Part shown: positions 44,451 to 55,777 of the stretch, one piece after another
Layout of the letters: each line of letters opens with the position of its first letter
Numbering within the stretch: position 1 is the stretch's first letter
Source: Candidatus Multivoradales bacterium
GTDB lineage: Bacteria > Acidobacteriota > Thermoanaerobaculia > Multivoradales > Multivoraceae
Reading direction: 5' to 3'
Assembly (NCBI GenBank): GCA_965223325.1
Contig: CBDCWI010000002.1
Coordinates: 992,001 to 1,056,000, forward strand
DNA: 64,000 nucleotides
Program-made: the position numbers and the translations under genes
Notes under the pieces: model-generated
The model's database searches: none
Told to the model about the DNA's origin: nothing
What the model saw: only the letters and a program-made list of their open reading frames with translations

Positions 44451-47400
44451 ATGTCTGATCCGACCCCTCCCGTCGACGAGCCGGTTGAACGCAAACCAGG
44501 GCGCGCGCCTCGTCTCAAGGTAGCGCTGGCGATCCTCGCGCTCCTCCTTCTCCTGATGGTGGTGGTTGGGGTCTCTCTTCTGGCGACGGCTCCGGGCCGG
44601 AGCCTAGTCACCGCTCGGGTCATCGACGCCGCCGCCTCGGCTGGCCTCGAACTCGAGGTCGGGGACTGGCGCCTCAGCCGCTGTGCATTGGCTGGTAACG
44701 CCGGCCCCAAGGTCGAGCCCATCGCCGGCTCGGGCGTGCTGGTCACTGGCCTGGTCGTAGAGAACGCTCTCGGTGAGCGCCTGCTTCGGATCGAACGCGC
44801 CTGCGTCGTGCCACGTTGGCGGTCGCTCTTCGGTGCGCCACGACAGCTGGCGTGGGTCGAGGTTCAAGGCGTCGATGCCACCACCCAGGGTTGGCCCGAG
44901 GCCGAAGACGAGGAACCCGAGGCACCGCTCCGCGAGCTCCCGGTCGAGATCGACCAGCTGCTGGTGAGCCAGGCCAACCTCGAGCTGCCCGAGCAGGCGC
45001 CCCTCGACTCGAACCCAGACCCGTCGCTCGCAGCAAGTCTGCCCGGTCTCGATCAACCGTGGTTGGCCAGGATCCGTGGCGCGACACTCGCAGGTCGACT
45101 GTCGAGAACCGCAACCGACCTTCGCCTGACCGCCGGGCTCGAGATCGCAGGCGGAAGTTTCAAACCCCAGACGGTCGAGGTCGAAGCAAGCGCCAACGGC
45201 GCGCTCCCTGGACAACTGAGGCTCGACCCCCTGCGCGCACGGGGCGAAGGAATCGATCTCGAGGTTGCACTGGCGGTGCTCACCGAGAAGTTCGGCTTCG
45301 GCGAAGCCGGCAGTGACAGCCAGGACCCGGCCGCTCATGTCGTCGTCAACGTCGAAATCGAACCCGAACGACTGCTGGTGTTCGGCGACAACCACCAGAT
45401 CAACGCGGCGGTAACCGGCGACTTGGACCTCAGGATGGCAGACGGCTTTGGCAACCGATCGTCGCCGCCCATCAGTGGAAGCGCGAAGCTTCGAATCAGC
45501 GACCTGGCGGGCGAAGACATCGCCCCCTGGGTCGGCCTCCTCGGACTGGATACCACCCCGAGTGACGCCTACCGTGGCCTCGAGGCAACCACGACACGGC
45601 TGGCGCTCGACGTCGAAGTCTCGGCGAGCGAGCACGGGAATCTGATGACGGTCGAGGGCGACGGGCTCACGGTCGAAGAACACCTCGAAGGAGAGCGCGA
45701 CCTGATCCGCTTCGAGACCCAGATCAGCGCCCTCGAGCTCGACCACCTACAGTCTTTGGAAATCGGCGAAGCCAGGGTCGACTTCGCCCTCGCCGTCGAT
45801 GCACTGCCTGTTGAACGCTTGCTCCTCCTTGCCGGCCGCACCCCGCCGCCTGAGCTCGCTGGCACCAGCGCGCATCTGCAGGCGAAACTGCAACGGGTCA
45901 CGGATGTCGCACCCGAGCGGCTCGTCGGTGAGCTCACCGGCCGACTCGACGATTCTGCCGGCCGAGCGCTGATTCGTGCCGCCATCGCCGGCTGGCAAGT
46001 CCCCGTAGACGGTGGAACGCTCGACACCGATGGCATGCAGGGCACGCTGGAGCTGGTTTCCCATGACCTTGCGGGCGAACGGCTCCTCGACCTGCTGCGG
46101 GCGGCTGGCGTCCTCGACGACCCGGCGCTCGCCGAGCACGCTGAAGCGAGCCTGCCCGAAACCACTTTCGACCTGGCCATGGCAGGCGAGCTGAGCGGAC
46201 TCGGGGTCATCACCTCCTCCGTCGACGGGGTCTTCGACTGGACCAGCGAGAAGCAGGCCGCCGCCGAAGACCTGGCCGTGGTGCGACTTTCTGGCAAGAC
46301 CGGCGCGTCGGGTCGTATGGCGAGTGGTTCTTCACTCGCCCTGGTCGCCGACCTGCTGCCTGAACAGCCGGGCACTCGCCACCTCGATCTCGAAGTGGCA
46401 GGTGGGCGTCTCGACCTCACGGAAGCGGGCGCCTTGTCCCCCCGCCATCTCGTGGTTGGAGGAGCCCTGGCAATCGAGAGCGCTGAACTCGCATCGACCC
46501 TCAACGCCCTCCATCGACATCTGCCAACCCTCGTGCCAGCGGTCGCCAGTTCGACTGACGACGCCGCGGATCCCGTCGCCTACCTCGCCGGCCCCCTGAA
46601 ACTCACCGCCGCGATCGACGGCCAGCAACGCTCCGCGCCCTTCCGGTTGACCGTCGACGGAGAACTCCGTGCGCAACCCACCGCCACCGAGGGTGGGGAA
46701 AGCCTCGCAGGCGCCATCGACCTCAGCGGCGGTCTCGCATTCCCACGACGTGATCTCAAAGCGGCACACGGCGAGATCATCCTCAACGTCGACGCCCTCG
46801 ATCTCGCCGCTCTCGGTGCCCCTCTCGAAGGTCGTCTGACTACCCGAGTCTCCTGGGACGCGGCGCGCCCCGAGGAGCTCAGCGTGCGATCTCTCACCGC
46901 CCGTCAGGGCACGCGGACCGTCGACTCGAGCGGTCAGCTGTCGCTCGCCTGGCCGCCCGGGCCGAGCGCGCTCTCCGTCCGTGTCGACGGTGAGACTCTG
47001 GGCATCGAAACCATGACGTTGGCGCTCCGGCACGACGAACACGGTCTGGTGGTCGACGCAACCGACCTCGCCACTCGATCGGGCCCAGGCGCACTGCATG
47101 TCGAGGCCAGCCATCCAGCGCTCGCAGCGTTGCTCGAGGAGCTTCGAAACGGCACCGACCTGACAGGTCCGATCGGGGAACTGATCGAAAGCTGGAAACA
47201 TCACCAAGGCTCGGAGCTGATCGAGCTACACCTCGAGTTACCATCTGTCGTCGCGCGCGGGGGTAAGGCTCTGGCTCTGGAAGAGACCGGGTTCGACGCT
47301 TCGCCCGGTGTTGTGCTGGTGCGCGAACCGCCGGCTCCCGGCGAAGCTGCTCTGGTCACCGGCGATGGTGCTTCAGCGCTCGGCCGCTGGGATCTCGAGA

Positions 47401-50400
47401 TCGACGGCCTGGCACTGGAGGCGAGGTTCGACCCCCGCTCTCCGATGACACGACCGGCGCGGCTCCGGCTCGACCGACTCGCTCTCGCCACCGATCGCGG
47501 CGACGTTCGCACAGCGGCCCCGGTTGTAGTCGCCCTGCGTGACGCCGCGGTCGCTGCCGAGACTGTCGCACTCGAAGTGTCCGGGCGTCCGTTTCGCCTC
47601 GAGGCGGGTGCGGCCCTCGATCCGGCACTGCGGCTCGCCGACCTCTTGTCGCCGGACGCGACCGACGGGACACCCCCACCATCACCGGTGACATCGGTGA
47701 CCGTGGCTGCCGACGGCGAGCTCGACCTCGAGTTGATTGCATCGCTCGTCCCGGGGGTCATTCCCCAGGGGATCGCAACGATCGACCTCGACCTCGAAGG
47801 GCCACCCGGCGCATTGTCAGGTAGTTTCGACGTCGACGGTGAGGAGGCCACCCTGGTCTGGCCGGTGCCCTACCCCACCCACCTATCAGCGCCGAAACTG
47901 CACGGGCGCCTGGACCAGGGTCGCCTGCTGCTCGAGCAAGCCCGCTCTGGCCTCAACGAAGGCCAACTCGAGATCACGGGTTCGATCGATCCTAGAGAGG
48001 CCATCGACCTCGACATCGCACTCACCGACGTGCGCTACCGCCTCGACTACGGCGTGAGCTCAATCGTCGACGGGGCACTCGATCTACATCTGCCGATGGC
48101 GGTGTTCGAACCCGAACCTGCGGACGGTGAGTCTCCGCGCGGGCGAATCGGCGGAAACGTCGACGTGAGGCGGGGGCTCCTGCGTCGCGACGTCGACCTC
48201 GAGCGCGAAGTCCTCGGGGCACTGTTCACACCCACCACCGGCGTCGCCGGTGCCAACAACCCCGGCCGCAGAATCGATCTCGATCTCGAGATCACCACCC
48301 GCGAGGGCCTGCGGGTTCGCAACAACGTCGCCGACCTGCGGGTTCTGTGGAGTCCCATCAAGGTTCGCGGCACCGCAGCAGCGCCGCTCGTCGACGGCAT
48401 CCTCGACGTCGACCCTGGCGGGCTGATCACCGCCTACGGCCAGACCGTTCGCCTCGATGCAGCAACCGTGACCCTGCGCGGTCAACCAGGAGTCGAGCCC
48501 GAGCTCGAACTGGTCACCACTAGCTCCCTCGAGGACCCGAGTGTCGGCCAGCGCGACCGGCGCTCGCTCGATCCTTTCGAGCGGCCGCCTGAGCAGGCCA
48601 ACGCCTCGGCCGGCGAAGCGGTGACCTCGGGTCTTTCGGGCTACTTCGCCGAGCGCGTGATGGGCGGCGTCGGTAACGCGGTCTCGGGACCATGGCTCGG
48701 GGGCTTTACGATCCGACCGATCCTGATCCTCACCGAGTCTGACCCCCATGCGCGCGTACTCGTCACCCGTGACCTCACCCGGCACGTCGGCCTCGGCGCC
48801 TCGATCAATATGCGCACCGCCCAGGATCGCACCTACCTGCTCGACTTTCATGAGTTTCGCGGGCTGCCCAGCCTCTCGGGCACGATCTTCACCAACGAGT
48901 CGGAGAACCAGGGGTTGACGCTGCAGCAGGTGCTCGAGCTCGGCCCGGGCTACCGAAGCCGCGGACCACAGATCGGCAAGATCGCAGTCGACATCGCCGA
49001 CTCGGAAAACCCGGCTGCACCGGCACCGAGACGGCTCGTGCGCGCCGTATCGTTCGAGCGCGGTGATCAGTACCCACCGGAAGGCATCGCATTCGACGTC
49101 GAAATCGAGGTCGAGGAGGCGCTGCGACGGCGCGGGTTCTCAGACCCCCGGGTTCGCGCTCGTGAAACCGCGCGCAAGAACCGGGTCGACCTGTCGATCG
49201 ATGTTCTAGCCGGTGAGCGTGCCGCGGTCACCTTCGTGGGAATCGAGCCGCCGCGGCGGCTTCGCCGCGCGATCGCCCTCACCTACCGCAGCGACTACGG
49301 AGAGGTCGCGGCGCTGTCTGAGATGCGGAATCAGACCGTTGCCGCCCTCGAATCGATTGGCTGGCTCACCCCTACCGTCGAAGTCGAACGACGAATGGCT
49401 CCTCCGAACAAAGAGCGCGCCGACGATGCACCCCAGCGACTGGTCACCGTTCGCTCGGCTGCCGAGCAGCGCGTCAAGCTCGGCAACCTGCGCCTCGACG
49501 GACTTCCCGAGCAGGAGACCGTGCTCCTGAGCGAGCGCTACGCCTCGCTCAGGAGCCGCGTCGCGCTGGCGCGCGAAGACGACCACACGGCACGCGACGG
49601 TCTTCTCGAGCTGCTCGCCGACCTCGGCTGGCCGGCCGCTCGGATCACCTCCTTCGCGATCGAAGACGACGGCGATACCCTGCGACTGGATCTGGACCCA
49701 GGTCGGCGCGCGACCTGGGAGCGCGTCGTCCTCGCCGGCGAGGAGACGCTCGCGGGAGAGGGCACGCCCTCCGAAGAGGAGCGCCAGAAGCTGCTCGAGG
49801 AGATCCGCAGCGAGAATGCCGGCATCGAGGTCGGGGAACCGGCTTCGACCTTGGCGGCTGCGCGCGCCGCTGCCGCCATCGAGAGCCTGTTGCGCAAAGA
49901 GGGCTATGCCGACGCGCGGGTTCTAGCTCGCCGGTCGGCTGTTCTCGCGAACGACCAGGTCACCGACCCGACCCTCGACATCACGATCGATTCCGGACCG
50001 CGCTATCGGATCGACAGCGTACGGGTCGAAGGCCTCGAGGCGACCCACGAACCCTGGGCGGCAAGCGTCACCGATGCGGGCGACGGAGAGACCCTCGACG
50101 CTCGCACTCTCGCCCACGCCCGCCGGCGCCTGCTCGGTACCGGCCTCTTTCGCACCGTCTACCTCGAACCGCAGAAGCAACCCGACGGTTCGGTGACCCT
50201 GGTCGTTGGCGCCGAAGAGCACCCGCGTTACTCCTTCGGCTACGGCTTGCGCTGGGAGACCGAAGAGGGCGGCGGAGTGGTCGCAGACCTGGTCGATCGC
50301 AACTTTCTCGGCCGGGGCATTCAGGTCGGCTTGCGCGGTCTCTACACCGAGCACCGCGAGTCAGGGCGCCTGTACACGACGCTGCCGCGAGTCTTTGGCA

Positions 50401-51209
50401 GTCGCTATTCGATCGAGAGCTTCGCCGAGCTGCGCTCCGAGGACGACGATGGCCTCCTGAGCGACACTTTCGAAGCGTCGCTGCAACTCTCACGACCGGT
50501 GAGTGAGTTGGGCACTGCCAGGGTCTACGCCCGCTACCTGCGCGAACGCCTGCGAGAAACCGCCGGTGGACCACTCCAGGACGTCGAGCAGGTGGTGCGC
50601 AGTCCATTCGTGGGCGTGCAGTACCTGTGGGACAACCGTGCCGATCCGTTCTCGGGAACCGGCGGACTGTTTGCCAGCGTCGACCTGAGCGGCTCGGGCG
50701 ACTTCCTGGGCAGTGACTTCGGCTACGTCAGGCTCTTCGGCCAGCTGCAATGGACCCGGCCCGCCTTCCGTGCCCTGGGGCGCGATTTCGTCTGGGCGCA
50801 GTCGCTGCGCATGGGCCTGACCGAAGAGACCGAGAACCACATCCTGCGTGACCTGCGCTTCTTTGCCGGCGGCGAGTACTCGCTGCGCGGCTACCCCACC
50901 GAGAGCCTGGGACCCTTCGAGACCTTCGGCATGGTCGAACGACCCCAGGGCGGCCTGTCGCTCCTGGTGCTGAACCAGGAGCTGCGCTTCCCGATTGCCG
51001 GCCGATTCGGCGGCGTCTTGTTCTATGACCTGGGGAACGTCTGGCCCGAGCGCTCCGACTTCGGGCAGGACTTCGTCGACTCGCTGGGCCTGGGCCTGCG
51101 CATGCATTCGCCGATCGGTCTGATTCGCCTGGACGCCGGCTTCCCGCTCGACCGGCGCCCCGAGGAGCGCTCGGTGCGTTTCTACCTCGGCCTCGGCCAA
51201 GTCTTCTAG
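44451..51209 (+). CDS. TamB-like protein fused to POTRA domains and an Omp85 (TamA/BamA) beta-barrel
   Basis: N-terminal TM anchor, long beta-repeat region, DUF490-like 'LRVRNN..VRGT..P..G', POTRA-like 'GYADARV' and 'RRLLGTGLFRTV', barrel 'RFFAGGEYSLRGY', 'SPIGLIRLD', terminal 'LGQVF'. One uninterrupted 2252-aa ORF. Confidence 0.87.
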   Translation: MSDPTPPVDEPVERKPGRAPRLKVALAILALLLLLMVVVGVSLLATAPGRSLVTARVIDAAASAGLELEVGDWRLSRCALAGNAGPKVEPIAGSGVLVTGLVVENALGERLLRIERACVVPRWRSLFGAPRQLAWVEVQGVDATTQGWPEAEDEEPEAPLRELPVEIDQLLVSQANLELPEQAPLDSNPDPSLAASLPGLDQPWLARIRGATLAGRLSRTATDLRLTAGLEIAGGSFKPQTVEVEASANGALPGQLRLDPLRARGEGIDLEVALAVLTEKFGFGEAGSDSQDPAAHVVVNVEIEPERLLVFGDNHQINAAVTGDLDLRMADGFGNRSSPPISGSAKLRISDLAGEDIAPWVGLLGLDTTPSDAYRGLEATTTRLALDVEVSASEHGNLMTVEGDGLTVEEHLEGERDLIRFETQISALELDHLQSLEIGEARVDFALAVDALPVERLLLLAGRTPPPELAGTSAHLQAKLQRVTDVAPERLVGELTGRLDDSAGRALIRAAIAGWQVPVDGGTLDTDGMQGTLELVSHDLAGERLLDLLRAAGVLDDPALAEHAEASLPETTFDLAMAGELSGLGVITSSVDGVFDWTSEKQAAAEDLAVVRLSGKTGASGRMASGSSLALVADLLPEQPGTRHLDLEVAGGRLDLTEAGALSPRHLVVGGALAIESAELASTLNALHRHLPTLVPAVASSTDDAADPVAYLAGPLKLTAAIDGQQRSAPFRLTVDGELRAQPTATEGGESLAGAIDLSGGLAFPRRDLKAAHGEIILNVDALDLAALGAPLEGRLTTRVSWDAARPEELSVRSLTARQGTRTVDSSGQLSLAWPPGPSALSVRVDGETLGIETMTLALRHDEHGLVVDATDLATRSGPGALHVEASHPALAALLEELRNGTDLTGPIGELIESWKHHQGSELIELHLELPSVVARGGKALALEETGFDASPGVVLVREPPAPGEAALVTGDGASALGRWDLEIDGLALEARFDPRSPMTRPARLRLDRLALATDRGDVRTAAPVVVALRDAAVAAETVALEVSGRPFRLEAGAALDPALRLADLLSPDATDGTPPPSPVTSVTVAADGELDLELIASLVPGVIPQGIATIDLDLEGPPGALSGSFDVDGEEATLVWPVPYPTHLSAPKLHGRLDQGRLLLEQARSGLNEGQLEITGSIDPREAIDLDIALTDVRYRLDYGVSSIVDGALDLHLPMAVFEPEPADGESPRGRIGGNVDVRRGLLRRDVDLEREVLGALFTPTTGVAGANNPGRRIDLDLEITTREGLRVRNNVADLRVLWSPIKVRGTAAAPLVDGILDVDPGGLITAYGQTVRLDAATVTLRGQPGVEPELELVTTSSLEDPSVGQRDRRSLDPFERPPEQANASAGEAVTSGLSGYFAERVMGGVGNAVSGPWLGGFTIRPILILTESDPHARVLVTRDLTRHVGLGASINMRTAQDRTYLLDFHEFRGLPSLSGTIFTNESENQGLTLQQVLELGPGYRSRGPQIGKIAVDIADSENPAAPAPRRLVRAVSFERGDQYPPEGIAFDVEIEVEEALRRRGFSDPRVRARETARKNRVDLSIDVLAGERAAVTFVGIEPPRRLRRAIALTYRSDYGEVAALSEMRNQTVAALESIGWLTPTVEVERRMAPPNKERADDAPQRLVTVRSAAEQRVKLGNLRLDGLPEQETVLLSERYASLRSRVALAREDDHTARDGLLELLADLGWPAARITSFAIEDDGDTLRLDLDPGRRATWERVVLAGEETLAGEGTPSEEERQKLLEEIRSENAGIEVGEPASTLAAARAAAAIESLLRKEGYADARVLARRSAVLANDQVTDPTLDITIDSGPRYRIDSVRVEGLEATHEPWAASVTDAGDGETLDARTLAHARRRLLGTGLFRTVYLEPQKQPDGSVTLVVGAEEHPRYSFGYGLRWETEEGGGVVADLVDRNFLGRGIQVGLRGLYTEHRESGRLYTTLPRVFGSRYSIESFAELRSEDDDGLLSDTFEASLQLSRPVSELGTARVYARYLRERLRETAGGPLQDVEQVVRSPFVGVQYLWDNRADPFSGTGGLFASVDLSGSGDFLGSDFGYVRLFGQLQWTRPAFRALGRDFVWAQSLRMGLTEETENHILRDLRFFAGGEYSLRGYPTESLGPFETFGMVERPQGGLSLLVLNQELRFPIAGRFGGVLFYDLGNVWPERSDFGQDFVDSLGLGLRMHSPIGLIRLDAGFPLDRRPEERSVRFYLGLGQVF

Positions 51210-51215
51210 AGCCTC

Positions 51216-52319
51216 TCAATCCTCACCTGAACTACCCCAGATGTCGCCGACCTTGAAGCCCTCGGGAAACGGATCTTGCGGATCAACGGCATATTGGGCG
51301 AAGCCGGTGATCCAGGCCGTTCCTGAGATCGTGGGGACGACGGCGTCGTAGTCCCCGACCGACGTCGTACGCACCAGGCGGCCAGTGAAGGTCGTGCCGA
51401 GAATGCCCTCGTGAACGAAGTCCTCGCCGAGACCGAGCTCACCGCGGGCATGAAGCACCGCCATCTTGGCGCAGGTTCCGGTACCGCAGGGCGAACGATC
51501 GAGAGCCCCGGTCCAGGTCAACGGGTCTTGCCAGTCGAGGTCGCCTGTCGAAACGACCACCGTGTTGCGGCGGCTGGAGCCCTTGACGAATGGCGGGGCC
51601 GAAAGCTGGCTGATGGTCACTCCGGCAATGCCTGGGTTGGCGGGATGAACGGGTGGTTGCAACTGTTCCTGGCACGCCTTCTTGATCATCTCGCCGGCAC
51701 GCGCCGCCTTGCCGGCCTCCGCGCGGCAGAGGGTCAACCCGAACTGTTCTGCATCGGCAATCACATAGAACATGCCACCGTAGGCGACATCGACCTTGAC
51801 GGTGCCCAGCTCGGGCACCTGGATCTTTTCATCGAGATAAACCGCAAACGCCGGCACGTTTTCGAACTCGACCTGTTTGACCTTGCCGGCTTCGATGTGC
51901 GCCTTGATCTTGATGAGACCGGCCGGCGCTTCGAGGACCAGCTCGGTCATCGGTTCGCGCGCCTCCACCAGGCCGGTTTCGACGAGCACCGTCGCCACCG
52001 CGATGGTGTTGGTCCCCGACATGCCCGGGTACTCGACATGTTCCATGATCACGTAACCTGCGTCCGCGTCCGGGTGAGTCGGCGGCAGAATCAGATTGCA
52101 GTTCGCCGCAGGGTAGCCGCGCGGTTCATTCAACATGCGCTGGCGCAGACCGTCGGCTTTGGTTTCGAGGTAGCGCATCTTCTCGAACATCGTCTCCCCG
52201 GGCACATCGGGAACGCCGCCAACGATCACCCGCCCGGGTTCGCCACACACATGAGTATCGAACGCCGAGATGACATCCGTCATGCGCGCTGGAAGGTTCC
52301 AGGGTTCTTCACCAGACAT
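51216..52319 (-). CDS. Proline racemase family protein (Ser/Cys active-site type)
   Basis: 'DTHVCGEPGRVI', 'EPRG', 'MSGTN' in place of MCGH, 'DRSPCGTGT'. Confidence 0.9.
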   Translation of the reverse strand: MSGEEPWNLPARMTDVISAFDTHVCGEPGRVIVGGVPDVPGETMFEKMRYLETKADGLRQRMLNEPRGYPAANCNLILPPTHPDADAGYVIMEHVEYPGMSGTNTIAVATVLVETGLVEAREPMTELVLEAPAGLIKIKAHIEAGKVKQVEFENVPAFAVYLDEKIQVPELGTVKVDVAYGGMFYVIADAEQFGLTLCRAEAGKAARAGEMIKKACQEQLQPPVHPANPGIAGVTISQLSAPPFVKGSSRRNTVVVSTGDLDWQDPLTWTGALDRSPCGTGTCAKMAVLHARGELGLGEDFVHEGILGTTFTGRLVRTTSVGDYDAVVPTISGTAWITGFAQYAVDPQDPFPEGFKVGDIWGSSGED

Positions 52320-52349
52320 CAGGCGGGCTCTCCTTTTCGAGCGACCGCG

Positions 52350-54041
<1,692 letters not shown>

Positions 54042-54182
54042 GGGCGCGTTCTCCGCGGTTCAACGGTTCGGGGGGATACGGCCGCAGACTCTACCTTCTG
54101 CAGCGATCTTTCACTGACGGCTCGGGCCAGCTACTCTGGCGGCTGAGCTGACGGCCGAGATGGCGAGCTTGGAGATCCTGAC

Positions 54183-54962
54183 ATGAGCCAAGAGAACACC
54201 AACCAGGGACTGGCCCAACTCCTACGCGGTGGCAGACCGGCGCTCGGTTTCTGGGCGGGCCTCGGAAGCGCCGAAGCCATCGAGGCCCTGGGTGTTCTTG
54301 GCGCCGACTGGATCCTGATCGACTGTGAGCACGGCGCCGCCAGTCTCGACTCCATCACTCCGCTCCTGCGCGCCCTGGCCGCCTCGCCGACGACCGCCAT
54401 TGTGCGTCCGCCGTCGGCCGACCCAGTGGCGGTGTCACGTCTTGCAGATGCCGGCGCCGGCGGAGTCCTCTTGCCGCGGATCAAGACCGCTGCCGAAGTC
54501 CAGCGCGCGGTCGCTGCCGCACACTATCCCCCACGCGGTACGCGGGGCATCGGTCCGTGGCGGGCGTCGGGCTATTTCACCGATTTCAAGAACTACGTCG
54601 AAAGTACCCACCAGGACTTCGTGGTCGCCGCCCAGATCGAGACCAACGAAGCGGTCGCAGCGCTGGTGGAGATCGGCGCCATTGACGGCATCGATGCCCT
54701 GTTCATTGGCCCCGCCGATCTCTCAGCGGCCATGGGCCACTTCCCCGACACCAACCACCCCGAGGTCGAGGCGGTCTACGCCCGGGTCAGGGCGGCCTGC
54801 CAGCAGAACGGTGTCGCCGCGGGCTTCTACTGCACCTCCGGCAAGGCCGCCGCCCAACGCCTGGCCGAGGGTTTCACGATGGTCAGCGTGTGTTCGGATA
54901 TCGCCGCAATCACCAGTGCCGCGGGGCGGCAGCTGAACGCGGCGCGCACACCTTCCGAGTAA
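54183..54962 (+). CDS. HpcH/HpaI aldolase family protein
   Basis: 'DWILIDCEHG', 'YPPRGTRG', 'QIET', 'LFIGPADLS..MG'. Confidence 0.92.
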   Translation: MSQENTNQGLAQLLRGGRPALGFWAGLGSAEAIEALGVLGADWILIDCEHGAASLDSITPLLRALAASPTTAIVRPPSADPVAVSRLADAGAGGVLLPRIKTAAEVQRAVAAAHYPPRGTRGIGPWRASGYFTDFKNYVESTHQDFVVAAQIETNEAVAALVEIGAIDGIDALFIGPADLSAAMGHFPDTNHPEVEAVYARVRAACQQNGVAAGFYCTSGKAAAQRLAEGFTMVSVCSDIAAITSAAGRQLNAARTPSE

Positions 54963-55050
54963 GAGCGGCGGGAGCTGTAACAGAAGCCTCACGGCCCGGA
55001 AGGAACCGATCTCCCGTCACTTTGCCCGCCGGGCGAAGGAAGGTAAAACC

Positions 55051-55764
55051 ATGAAGATCGGCCAGACCCCCATCGTCCACCCATCCGCCTCTTCGAACGA
55101 GCCAGCTCGAAGATCAGGCCAAACGTCACCTGACTCATACGAAACCGCGCGGCCTCGCCTCAGCGCGGGCTACAAACAGCTGCTCGACCAGGTTTCGGCG
55201 CGCATCAAGAGACGCCGTGGACTGGCGGCGCGAAACCAGAGACTCGACCAGTTGAATTCGCTCGGCGGTCCCGTGTCGGTGCAGGTCGTCAACGGGCGGC
55301 GAATCCGGGTCCAGGATGCCGGCGGATTCTTGAAGGTCGATGGGAGCGAAGAGCGGCAGATTCGCTTTACCTGGCCCGCACGGCTGCAACCTCCCGCGGC
55401 AGTACTCGAAGCGCTCGCCCAGCGACCCGTCGGCTCGCTCTTCCAACCCGGACGACAACCGGGAGAAACTTTCTCGAGTGCCGAGGGTGCCGCGTGGCAG
55501 CTCAGCGCCAGGGCAGAGGAGGGTCCCTTGACGCCACTCGAAGCCCACCTGCTCAATCAATGGACCGAGGATGGAACTCTTGATCGCGCTCGTCAGGTTC
55601 TAAACGAAAGGCTCGGCCGCCACAATGCGCAGCACCGTGGGCGTATGTTCAGCAGTCCAATCGACCGCGTCAATCCGAGCGCTGTCGGCAACCGGCTTCC
55701 GGACTCACATATCGAGCCTCTTACGGGCGGTAGCGACGTTGCCGGGAATGTCTACTACTACTGA
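55051..55764 (+). CDS. Hypothetical protein
   Basis: 237-aa ORF fills the gap between recognisable genes, with AAGGAAGG RBS before ATG. No recognised motif. Confidence 0.55.
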   Translation: MKIGQTPIVHPSASSNEPARRSGQTSPDSYETARPRLSAGYKQLLDQVSARIKRRRGLAARNQRLDQLNSLGGPVSVQVVNGRRIRVQDAGGFLKVDGSEERQIRFTWPARLQPPAAVLEALAQRPVGSLFQPGRQPGETFSSAEGAAWQLSARAEEGPLTPLEAHLLNQWTEDGTLDRARQVLNERLGRHNAQHRGRMFSSPIDRVNPSAVGNRLPDSHIEPLTGGSDVAGNVYYY

Positions 55765-55777
55765 TCCCTGGCTGTTG

